Shown piece after piece: positions 26,321 through 37,739 of a stretch of 64,000 bases of DNA (positions are counted from its first letter, which is position 1; every line of letters starts with the position of its first letter). The notes beneath the pieces were generated by a model. It was given only the letters and a program-made list of their open reading frames with translations. It ran no database searches and was not told where the DNA came from. A program made the position numbers and the translations under genes. Origin of the DNA: Lama guanicoe (Eukaryota); assembly GCA_013239625.1 (NCBI GenBank), contig MU054323.1:2046001-2110000 (forward strand). Reading direction: 5' to 3'.

Positions 26321-27870
26321 TACTTCAGTGCTCCCTTCAGATGGATTTGCATTTTATAATTGGGTCATCTGATAGCTTTCAAGATACAATAGAACAGGGT
26401 GTCCAAAGCGGCACTCTGATGATTGGTGGAAGGGAGGTTCTGGGATTGCGTGTTTGTGCCCACAAAGAACAGCCACAAATAAAATACCAGCCATAGAGAG
26501 ACAGCACATCTATTAACCAGTTTATAGCAACCTTTAACCTCCCTTCATAGGGTGAATCAACTGAAAATTAGGGGAGCTGGATAATTTTCTGTCTGTGCTG
26601 GCTTCAGATGTGCCTTGATGTAGAAATAAACTTCCAGCATTTCATAGGTCTTGCCTGGTGAGGGACCTTGTTTGAGATATTACTGTCTGATTCCCTTTCG
26701 AAGGGGAAGATGTCTGGGAACCTGGGCTCCCAGGCAGGACTGTGTACCCCGGAAGCCCGAGGAGAGGAGTGAACACCTGCACTGTGATCAGGAGCAGTGT
26801 CCTTCGGGGTTTCTTGTCAGATTGCAGCTACAGTGTCCGGGACTGAATCATTATATTCAAATGGGGACAGAGAAATGGGACCCCCACACACATAAGCAAA
26901 TGAGCAAGGATGTGAGAGGAGCTGGTTGTGAGGAAGCCTGGAGAGCCAGGTGATCCAGGCAGAGCCGGTGGGAAGGTGACCCAGGGCAGGTGAGGCTCCT
27001 GATGATGCTGAACCAGGTCCTGGGCAACTCATGCAGAAGTCAAGTCTGGTTTATGCTTCATCATGAACAGACAATTATTTAAAGTGATAAATTTACCTGA
27101 GGAACTTCATTGAACTAAAAGATTGTATTTTGTTATTGCTAGATCAAACTCGGGCAAATGACCTCTATGCTTCCGTCTTCCTTCCTTCCTTCTTTTCTTT
27201 ATTCCTTCTTCCTCTCTTCTTCATTAAGCACAATCTACATAATAGACATGACATGCAAAGCACTGTCATTAAATGAATAAATAAGATTCACTCTCTGTCC
27301 CCAGGAGGTTCACAGTCTCATGGAGAAGAGTGACATGAAAATAGACAATAACACAGATGGTCAGTTGTAAGGCACAAGTGACAGGAAGCAAAGAGGAAAG
27401 ACATATAAATCTGCCCTCAGGCTGCTCTTTCTGGATCCTTGACACATGTCACTGCACTTCAGACATCAGCCTCCTTCTTGCTGTGGGTGATCTGTAACTC
27501 TGACATGGACCAGAAACAGTAGAGTCTTGAAATGAATCAGACCTTTATGGAAACCTCAACTTTCAGAAATCTTTAAAGAATCCAGTGTCTGAAGTGTTTT
27601 CCCCTGGAAACCCTCCTTAGCACCCCTCTTCCCTTGGAAGAGGACTGCCCTCCCACTCAGAGTGGTGTCCTATTTGAGTTTGGTAACACGGAGCCAAGGT
27701 CAGTCTGGTGTTTCTCAATTGACAAATTCTTATCTGTCAAGAGATGCTAAAGGCACCACTCACGATCAGATGTACCCCAAGGCCATCAACTTTTAAAAAC
27801 CGGCCGTTGTTTTATTTCTTGCATTTGTTTGTTTGAGGAAAAAGTTATTGCGCTCTCTCTAACCACCCGA

Positions 27871-27914
27871 CCCCCCCCAAAAAAAAAAAAAAAAAAAGAA
27901 GAAGAAGAAGAAAG
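27871..27914. repeat. C8-A19-(GAA)n simple repeat
   Basis: Read directly from the sequence. Confidence 0.9.
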
Positions 27915-28862
27915 CGTTTAAATTAACAGATTTCACAGAATAGTCCTCTTCCTTCAGTTGAGGGAGGGCAGGCGCTCCACATTATGGTACATAAAGTTGA
28001 CTTGGTCAAAAGAACAAATAAACTAGAAACACAGCTAGCTGCTTTGACCTCACACATCCCTTCAAACCTTCTTTGCAAATGGTCTGTGAGGGTCTTAATC
28101 TATTGTAATAGTTCTTTGTAAATTATAAAACAATTTTAAAGATATACTATCATATTTAATTCTCACCACAACTCGTGAGGAGGGTAAAATTATTTGCATT
28201 TTATGGATGATAACTGTGGGGTTCAGAGGAGGTTAAAAACTGCCCAAGGGTACATAGCCAGAAGATAGATAAGACTGGATGTGGGTTAGTATGAATCCAA
28301 GTTCCATAGATCTTCTACAAATGCAGTGTCATATAGCTATACCCCTTTTTCTCCCAGATTAAGACAGCCAGGGCCATCTAGAGAAGCAGTGTGGGACAGG
28401 GGAGGGGACAAATGCATTTGGGGGAGACCTGAAACTCAGCCTACCTCTATGTTCTGTCACATGTAGACTTTGGGACTGAATTATCCAAAACAGACACAGC
28501 GAGATTAGAATCGCAATGCACAGAGAAGTGCATACATACAATTAGTCCCAGTGCCACCACAAAGGAGGAAACTCAACTATTAGCCATCAGGAAACACAGA
28601 AAGGACAGCTCTGAAAAGACCAGCCTTGACTGCTAAAAATGTGGTGGGGCCCTTAGGAGGGACCGGTCTCCCAAAGATCCTAGCACGCCCCTCCTGCATG
28701 CGCTAGTGAACCCTATACGAGAATTCTGGTTTTGTGACTGCTTAGAATATAGAATTCATTGTTCATGGAAGCCCTCACACCTCCACCCTTCAGGTCTCTG
28801 TGCAGTATAGCAACTTAAAATTAAAAGAAAAAGCATTAAAACCCCAGCAGATTATTTTAATT

Positions 28863-29071
28863 TGGGTTTTCTCAACCTCAGGCCTACTGGCATTTGGGGA
28901 GTAGATAATTCTTTGCTGTGGAGGCTGTCGTGTGTGGTGTAGGATGATTAATATCCTTGGCTTCTACCCACCAGATTCCAGTTGCACCCCCAGTTGTGAC
29001 AACCAAAAATGTCTCCAGACATTACCAAATGTCCCCCTGGGTACAAAATCACCCCTTGTTGAGAACCATTG
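28863..29071. mobile_element. MER20 DNA transposon, near full length
   Basis: 'ttctcaacctcagg...gataattctttgctgtggaggctgtc...cagttgtgacaaccaaaaatgtctccagacattaccaaatgtccccctggg...gttgagaaccattg'. Confidence 0.92.
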
Positions 29072-29809
29072 TTTTAATGATTCTCAAGAAAGGACTCTTC
29101 TTTGTTTGTTTTTTTAATGGTCTGGAAGACATTAAGAATATCACATGCTTTAGCCGTTGTTCAGGACACAGATTTGGGTTTCTTTGTAGGTTTCATGCAA
29201 TCCCGCTCCTCTGTTATGATAATCAATCAATAGTCAAATTCTTTCATTGTTAGAGGATATCAAGATTGTTTTGATTTGCAGATCTTGAGAAAATATGCTA
29301 TGGCCATAGACTATGGAGATATATGAGTGTGAGTCCCGAGATTATAATTTTTTTAAATCATATGATCTTGAAGTTCATCCCATGGAATATGCATCACCTT
29401 ATCCGACACTTTGAAGAGTAGTTGTAAGATGGGAAGTCAGAAAGAGCTGCATTCAAGCCCCATCTGTCACCGACCAACAGGGTGAGTTTACAGGAATTTC
29501 ATTACCCCTCGGTTCTCAGTTTCCTCACCTGCAGAATAGTGTTACCTACTCATCAGGGCTGATGTCAGGGTAAAACGAGGGCGTGCGTTTGGAAAGAACT
29601 TTGTAAATAATGCTTGCAAGAGTTAGTTTCCTTTCCTGTTTGAATTTCCACTCCCTCCTCTCTCTACCCTAAATTAAATAATTTTGATCTTTAGACCCCT
29701 CTAAAAAGAAACCGTTGACTACAACTAAAGGATGGGATAAATGGAAAATCATAACTCACTAGTTAAAAAATAATTAGGGAGAACTGACAGCCTGTTAATC
29801 AATTTCCAG

Positions 29810-30030
29810 ACAAAGGACATGGGCTGTGGAGTCAGCTAGATCTGGTTTAAATCTTGTTGCATCACTTTACGAACTGGTTAGCCTTGCGCAAGGGGCTAAG
29901 CTTTTCCGAGCTCATTTCATTCTTTGATAACGTCCACAGAATATTTACTTCCCTTCATTGCTGTGAGAAGCAAATGATGATATATATGATAATTCTTTGT
30001 AAACTGTAAATCAGTGTACAAATGTTGGCC
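29810..30030 (+). mobile_element. MIR SINE
   Basis: 'gggctgtggagtcagctagatctggtttaaatcttg...cacttta...ccttgcgcaag...ctttgtaaactgtaaa'. Confidence 0.7.
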
Positions 30031-30139
30031 AGAAATACTACTTTTTGTGAAAATGAAATAAATTGCATCTCTGGCCCCAGAGAATCACATCAACCAGTTC
30101 AGTTGAACGTGAGCTGGGAAGCACAATTGTAGATGCTGT

Positions 30140-30668
30140 GTAATATTCATTCTCTCCCTCTGCTTTGCAAACAAATGCCTGACTATTTAGCGTAGCAGTG
30201 GGTTAGGCTGAAGGGTTAGGCTTCTCAGTCTACTCTGAAGGGTTAGGCTTCTCAGTCTACTCTGGAACTATAAGTGGCCAATAAGATACACAAGGCAAGT
30301 CAAGCCATTGGTAGTGCGGCTGGGGGAGATTGTCCCAGAAGGCTCTGGGGCCTGCTCAGCTGAGAGATGCAACGATCTGGGCTATTGCTTCTTCTTCTTG
30401 CTTCCCGGCATTTGGATGGGATGGTGAGAACCGCAGTTCACATCCTCTGAACATGAGGTACCCTTGAGGCTAAAGGCTATATGCTAATGAAAGTGGAAAA
30501 TAGGAAGAATTAGACTAAGCTTCTGATGACCTCAGAGCTGTTATACTGATCCCAGACTACTTACTTTTTCTATGCAATAGATAAACACACAAATAAAATT
30601 ACGCCTCGCTAAAGCTTCCGGAATTATTTGTTGTTTTTGTTATACGTACACAAACTGTTCCTAAGACA
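30140..30668 (+). mobile_element. Old MLT1 (K/L-like) LTR
   Basis: 'tggccaataaga...catcctctgaacatgagg...ctgatgacctcagagctg...tttttgttatacgtacacaaactgttcctaagaca'. Confidence 0.55.
30208..30264. repeat. Perfect 27-bp tandem duplication
   Basis: ctgaagggttaggcttctcagtctact twice (30208-30234 and 30235-30261), then ctg. Confidence 0.95.
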
Positions 30669-30720
30669 ATGCGCTAAGAAAAGTAAAGCACTATTGTATG
30701 CATTCTCTTAATTTCAAGCA

Positions 30721-31411
30721 AGGTTTGCTCAAAGGAGTCGAAAACTTATGCCGACACAAAAACCTGCACATAGATGTCTACACAAACTTTATTCATAATT
30801 CCCTAAACCTGGAGGCAAGCAAGATGTCCTCTAGTAGGTGAACAGCTTGAGTGGTACCTCCAGACAATGGCATTATTATTCAGCTCACTATCAAGACCTG
30901 AAAAGACAGGGAGGGATCTGAAATGCATATTGCTAGGGGAAAGAAGCCAATTTGAAAAGGCTACACACGGTATGGTTCCAACTATATGACATTCTGGAAA
31001 AGTCAAAACTATGGAGACTGTAAGAAGATCAATGGTTGTCCAGGGGTTGGGGTGAGGGAAGTTTGAATATGCAGAGCACAGAGGCTTTTGAGGGTAAAGA
31101 GACTACCCTGTATGATACTATAGTAGATACGTGTCATTATACATAAGTCCAAACCATACGTAGGTCCAACCCATAGAATGAACAACACCAAGAGTGAACT
31201 CCGTAACTGAACTTTGGACTTCGTGTGACTATGATGTGTCAGCATAGGTTCATCAGTTGTAACAAATGCACCCTCTGGTGAGGGATGTTGACAACCCAGA
31301 AGGCTATGTATGTGTGGGGACAGGGGCCATACGAGAAATCTCTGTACTTTTCCCTCAATTTTGCTGTGAACCTAAAACTGATCTTAAAAAGGTAAAATCT
31401 TAATTAAAAAA
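30721..31411 (+). mobile_element. L1MC1/L1MC2-like 3' end
   Basis: 'aaaacttatgccgacacaaaaacctgcac...aagaagccaatttgaaaaggctac...ttccaactatatgacattctggaaaag...ggttcatcagttgtaacaaatgcacc...tcaattttgctgtgaacctaaaactg'. Confidence 0.88.
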
Positions 31412-34400
31412 TATTGAAAGCAAAGACCCTAGAAAGAAATACTTTATTCTTCAATGTAGATGCTATAAACCAAAGCATGTATCTGACTCCATGGGGGTTA
31501 TATGGCAGCTGTTTTCCTTCCCTTCTTTCATATTCATTTCTCATCTCTGAGAAACACTGGTTCTTACGTGTCAGTGCCAGGAACATAAGTGAGTCTGTTC
31601 CTTGTAGTCTAACTAATGTTCTTCCTCCAGGGCCATGCGTGACATGCCACTGGGGATACATAATTCAGGGTGTGTGACAATACTTCCCAGTGGTACTGGG
31701 GACTCTCCGGTAGACTGTGATTCCCTCTGCTTTCTGGGAACAGCCATGTAGGTGCTTAAAGAATCCTTCTTCATCTCTGGGTGGTTTATCCAAAGTTGAC
31801 CATTGTGAATTTTTGTCTACTACATTTCCTGTATTGTATGTGGGTAGAATATTATTTCATATATTCAGATTTTGAACTTTTCTCACAGTTTTGTAGAAAA
31901 TTACTACTATAGTTGTGTTTGTTGTCATAATATATCTTGTTTCCCACTTCTAGCTTATTTTCAAGCATTTATGAATCCAAAATGTGCTTTCTATGCTTTT
32001 GTATAATCATAGTGGCACTTAGAGGTTAGCCTTAAACAATTTAAAAAAAAAACCTTAGGAGTTGATCAAAATTAGACCAAATTACTCACAAGAAATTTGT
32101 CTTTTTTTTTTTTGGTTGGGTTTTTCTACCTATTTCAGGAATTTAATTAACTATCCCATCATTAGATAAAGCAGAGAACCGTGAATTAACTATGATGTGA
32201 AACCGCTTAATCATACTATTACGATAGAACAGCAACATTCATTGAATAGCTAACTACAGACCAAGTGATGTGCTAAATGCTTTGCAAATATACGCTCAAT
32301 TCATGGCCCTCAGCACAACTCTATTGATTAATATAAATTCCCTCCATTTTATAAAATAAACTAACTTAAAGATCTGAATGGCTTTTGATAATTGCAAAGC
32401 AAGTAAGTTGAATGTGGTTAGGGAGATGCACCTGGGACAAGGGTTAGAGTCAGAAAGCGAAAGAGTATTTGTCTCAGCTTCCTCCGCACAAAACCCTAGG
32501 CATACATCTGATTCATCCAGGAAGGTTCTTACCGGAAGCCATGAAGAAACAACTTCAGATGCAGGAACATGACACTGATTTCTCCCGAGGACAGTGAGAC
32601 CCAGGAGAAGGGTGTGTGAGGAGTCGGGGCACGTTCAGATCCCCAGATAAGGAATCTCACCTTGTGAACTTGGGCAAGCCACTTTTTTTTTTTTATCAAG
32701 CCTTTGTTTCTTCCTCAGGAAACAGTCATGGGTTGGACTAGGTGATCTCTTTTATTTCTAAAAGCCACTGAGTTTACACTCAGGATGAAGGAAAGTTCGA
32801 GACGAAGCCATTCAAATAGGAGAGGTAACCTCTGGGCGTGGAGTCCTTTGCATGGTTTTCGATCTGTAGAAAGTGTTCCTTCTTTGTCCATATAACGCTT
32901 TGGAGAGTGTTATGGGAGTAAAGAATTCTGAATCTGAGACAAAAATTGTATTTTCTTTTACATTTTTAAATAATGCTAATTGGCAGGCGCCCTCACGTGC
33001 ACTGTCCTCACCACAAGTGCTACCATGAGAGGATTAGTGCTGTAAGTCTGCAGAGAAGTTCATCTTCCAGGGGAACGCGTGGCTTCTCAGAATCGCAGAG
33101 CCGTTTCCTGGAGGAGCTGGATTTAGACTTTGTATTCTTTGATCCAGTTTTTCTCCTTCCACACAACATTAACCTCCATCTCTGCGATTGGAGATCGGGG
33201 AATGAAAACTTACTCCTGCTATTTGAAATAGAGGTTCACTTATCGTGCTCAGGATGGGTATTTGCAAACAGGGGTTCACGGCAACAATGTCTGCCCTGGA
33301 GAGATGCTGGAGTTATGCCTAGTTGTACAAATGAGAGAAATTTTATGTCTGACTTCTGGAGAAAGTCCTATCAACTTGAACTCTCTTTCTACATGTTTAT
33401 ATATGTATGTATGAAATAATTTAGAGAGGTGTATATTTTTATTTATTCCATTTGTTCATATGATTTGTGTGTGTTTGTGTGTGTGATTACTCCTCTCACA
33501 GAATACCTGCTAGTGGCTAGACAGTGTGTAAGTTTCTGGGGGACCCTCCGTCACCACCTGTTTGCTCACAGAACTCACAGTCCAGCCCGGGGATTCAAAT
33601 GTGACCTGAAATTACCTGAACACAAGGAATGGGGTATCATTACATAAGAACATAGGCAAAATGTAGGCTTAGCTTAGAAGAGGAAATGATCTCTTTACTC
33701 TTCATTTTGAAGATAAAGGAATCACTGCAGAAAAAAGGACAACAAGAGAAGTTTTACCAACAGAAGGGCTTTTTGAGAAGTCCCTCAAATGTCTCTTCCT
33801 GTCCTGACGTCACGATGCCTGAACTGACCACTCTGTTGGAAATCGCTCACGGAAGGATTTCTGAGGACCTCCCGGGAGGGACAAAGAAGCAGCTTGTTTG
33901 GACCCTGAACACATTCTCATTTTAGTTGTGGGAAGGGAAACAAATCTCAGATCTTGGCAGCTTCTTTGTTGGAGGCCCATTACCGGCAGCTCATTCTGGA
34001 ATCCACTGTTATCTTGACTATATAGGTGGGGAGAGAAAATATTCACCGATGAAGTGTTAAATAACTAACAGTCACATAATTGAACACTGCAGCTCTCACC
34101 AGCATAAACCTGTTTACAGCATCGTCTGTGAATCTGCACACTCAGTTACACAAAGACACTTAGGCTGTGGCCCTTGCTCCCAAGACCCTTCCTCTTCCTT
34201 TCGTGCCCTTCTCTCCATTCTCTCACACACCCTCACCTCCTTTACCCACCTCTTCAGTCCTCCTGTGAGACCTAACCCAAGATCCAGCTGTTTAGGGTTT
34301 TTTTTTTTTGAGGTTTTTTTTAATGGTAGTCCCAGAATCACCCCCATCTCTCTCTCTTTCCTGTTTATATCAGTTTCTGAGTATCTTTTAAAAATTATAC

Positions 34401-35764
34401 CCTGATTTATCTTGCTCAGTAATGACTGGCCGCCTCAATCATATTTTTGAGTTCTTTGAAGGCGAGGAACATAATTTCAAGAACTGTTCATAAAGGGAAG
34501 CCTGCTTGCCTTTCTTTAAGTGACACACACTTGGTACGTAGTTTATGCATCTGAATGAAAGAATAATGAATTGAAATGTTTGCATTATGGACAGGGCTGT
34601 TCTAAGATCACACTTTCAGAGGCCCAAGCCATGTTACAATAAACGTATTAGGGGGTGCCCACATCTCAGCGGGCTTTTGTGTACACATGCGCATTTATGC
34701 ATGGGTGCCCCTTCACAAACACGTGTGTGTGTGTATGTACATATGAATTGGGTTCTGTATCACTAGGTAACATAATGGTCTGTCTTGTCGATATTTAATT
34801 GACCATATTGGCTTCAGTTTTCCAGTTGGCTTTTTTAATTTTAGAGCCAATACTTTCGGGGGGACACTATTTTCATGGAATGTGGACCATGTTATACATA
34901 TTACAGGTGTAGGCACTGGGCTTAGCATCCCCAAGGGGCAAAGCAGACGTGTGTCAGGTGCTGGCTGGGCGCAGGGGAGATTCATGACAGTCTCTGCTGA
35001 CCGAGCTGAGCACCCTGCTCTTGCCCCAGAAGCCCAGCCTCACTGGAGAGAGGACATCTTTTTGGGAAACGTCAGTTGTGTGGACACAGACATTTGGTTC
35101 CATCCCTCACTGCTGTTTCCACTTGTCCTGATTTCTCCCAGCGTCCTCTTTTGCTCCGAGATTTTCCAGGATTTTTCACACCACTTAGGAAACTTGTAGA
35201 TGGAAATTTTGAGTAAAACGTGTTCACTCGTTTTCATGTTATGCAAGAGTGAAAACAAAAACGCCTCAAACTCAATTTAGGGTGAAGTGGGATGGCGTGG
35301 AGTGTCGCCCATGCACGGAAAAAAAAAAAAAAAGACTCCAAAACTGCTAAATTGCAAAAAGCAAAACTTTGCTTGAGTTTAATTTTTGGTGTGGGAGATT
35401 CTCTGGAGGGATTTTGGAAACAATGACGGAATTTTAAAACAAATGAGAAACACCATTGACACGCATCTTTGCTGACATGGCTTTAAATAACATACCCATT
35501 TCCATGTTTAAGTTGACAAGTGAAGGAAGTAACAAGGCCTGGAAGTTACCACGGGTGGTTTCCTAGGGAAACAGGCAGTAGTTTTAAGAACTTTATCTCC
35601 AAGCTTTCCACTCTCACGACCCCATCCTCTTCAGTACCCTGTAACTTATAAAACGCCATCTCTATTTTACATTTTGATTTTTGTTCAAAATAATATTTCA
35701 GACTTCGTTAAACCTCTAAGACACAATTATTAAAAAGGTCCTATTCTAGGGAAAAGCACTTTTT

Positions 35765-36022
35765 TTGGGGGGGGGTTAACATTTTTTATTGATTTATCAT
35801 CATTTTACAATGTTGTGTCAAATTCCAGTGTAGAGCACAATTTTTCAGTTATACATGAACGTATGTATATTCATTGTCACATTTTTTTCTCTGTGAGCTA
35901 CCACAGAGGAAAAAATGTGTATATTTCCCTGTGCTATACAGTATAATCTTGTTTATCTGTTCTACAGTTTTGACATCCCGTCTGTCCCTTCCCACCCTCC
36001 GCCCCCTTAGCAACCACAAGTT
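35765..36022 (-). mobile_element. Young 5'-truncated L1 3'UTR fragment (same family as the 15.9-kb element)
   Basis: High similarity to 15925-16165; perfect 14-bp TSD gaaaagcacttttt at 35751-35764 and 36023-36036; TT/AAAA site. Confidence 0.95.
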
Positions 36023-37739
36023 GAAAAGCACTTTTTAATGTTTACCCCACAGAGTTCAGTTCAGAATGGTTGTGTGACTATTGCTAAGTGTCCGTGCCTC
36101 ACCTAGACGCAGCTAAAGCTAGCTGCGAATGTGCCCCACACCACCCATCTTCCAACACATCTGCTGATGGAACCTTGGGAAATCCTCCTGCACTTTCAGT
36201 CATTTCTAGTTCATACTTGCTTTTGTTTATTCTCATGTACAGTCTCCTTTTCATCAAATGCCTGCTGCTTCTCCACCTTGTGGTCATTCCTCAGTTAAAT
36301 GATGAGAGGAAACCACAGCTGGAAATAGGACTACATGGTCCCTGATTCAATCAGGTTGGGGAATTCGGGTAAATACCCATGAAAACGTGAATGATAAGAA
36401 AGCAGTAAGAGATGCTGTGAGGCAAGGTTGATGAAGAGTCAGAGGAACCATTGGCGCGGACAATGAGAACCTTCTTTTCAGAGAGCAGAGAGCCCTCTGG
36501 GCCAGCACGGCCAGAGAAGTCTCCTGGGGCTGAGAGAAGGGAGGAATCTGACCTAGCTCTTGAAGGAGTGGCAGCCTTTGCACCACAGTCTCAGTTCACT
36601 CCAGTTCTTTGAGCCTCCGTTTCCTCATCTCCCAAGAGACAATACACCCATGTAGAATTACTGAACATTAAAGTGAACAGTGTATATCAAGCACCAGCAC
36701 AATGCCTGATATATATAGTTCATAATTAGTGGTATTATAATTATTATCATTTTTTACTTTGGCTGGAGCAGATGCTGAGAATAAAATGCATCTGTGTATT
36801 AAGCAGGATGCTCTTCAATTGTTTGTATATTATCTATGTTCTATGTTTTAGGAACATGGACACTTACCCACTCCATCCACTAATATGGTCAGCTGAGAAC
36901 TGGCTGAAGTGGTTGGTCCACTCCTTGTCATCCCCCAATGCTGGAAGCGCCAGGAAAACAAAGAATGTGCCTCACATTCGGGTGACGTCAGTTCACTTCC
37001 AAATTGTGTTCGTGAGAAAGTGGGTGCTAGTAAAGTTAGGTTAAAGTGTCTGTAAAATGATTCCGGTTCCCTGGGGGCCACTGAAAAAAGAAATCCCCAC
37101 ACAAATTGAAATCCTGGAAGCGAATGGTGTTTCTCTCCTGACAGTGAAGAAGTAATTGAAGCAGTAAAAAGGCTGTGACTCTTCATGTCTGAAACAAGCG
37201 TCACTCCTCACTGGATGGTGTCACAAAGGAGGACATGCAAAAGGAAGGGACAGAGGGAGGGAGGAAGAAAGAGGAGGAGGAGAGAGAGAGATGTGACTCA
37301 ATATGTTCTTAATTAGCAACTGCAGCGAGGGAAAGATCTTAACCACTGGAACTGGACATTCTGAGACTTGGTGGGGTGGGGGAAGAAAGTGGGTTTCCTC
37401 TTTGCCTGAGGGCAAAACATTGGCAGGTTCCTCGCAGAAGCAGAGTGCAGGCTCGGGTTCTTGAAACCCAAGGCAACGCTGGCTTGGAGTTCATCTACAT
37501 GAATGTGGAATGTGGCATCTGAAATTCTCATTGCCTTGGCAATTTGGAGTGACGGTTCCTCCGCCGTTCCAGCGGAAGGTATCCAGAATAAGGTTGACAT
37601 GTTCAATCATCCAAAAAATAAGCAAATCCCAAACGCTTGGATGAAACTCTCAGGGAGGTTGGGCCCTGACATTTGCATCTGTTAAGTGTGTCCAGCTCCC
37701 TCCCTCTCTCCTTCCTTCTCTCCCTCCCTTCCTTCCTTG

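Noticed and set aside
30208..30264. Direct repeat considered as a CRISPR-like or telomeric array
   Set aside because: Only two abutting units with no spacers, in mammalian DNA; GGTTAGG is not arrayed as (TTAGGG)n.
31790..32052. AT-rich segment ending in an A-run, a possible processed-pseudogene 3'UTR
   Set aside because: No TSD, clear poly(A) signal or recognisable source.
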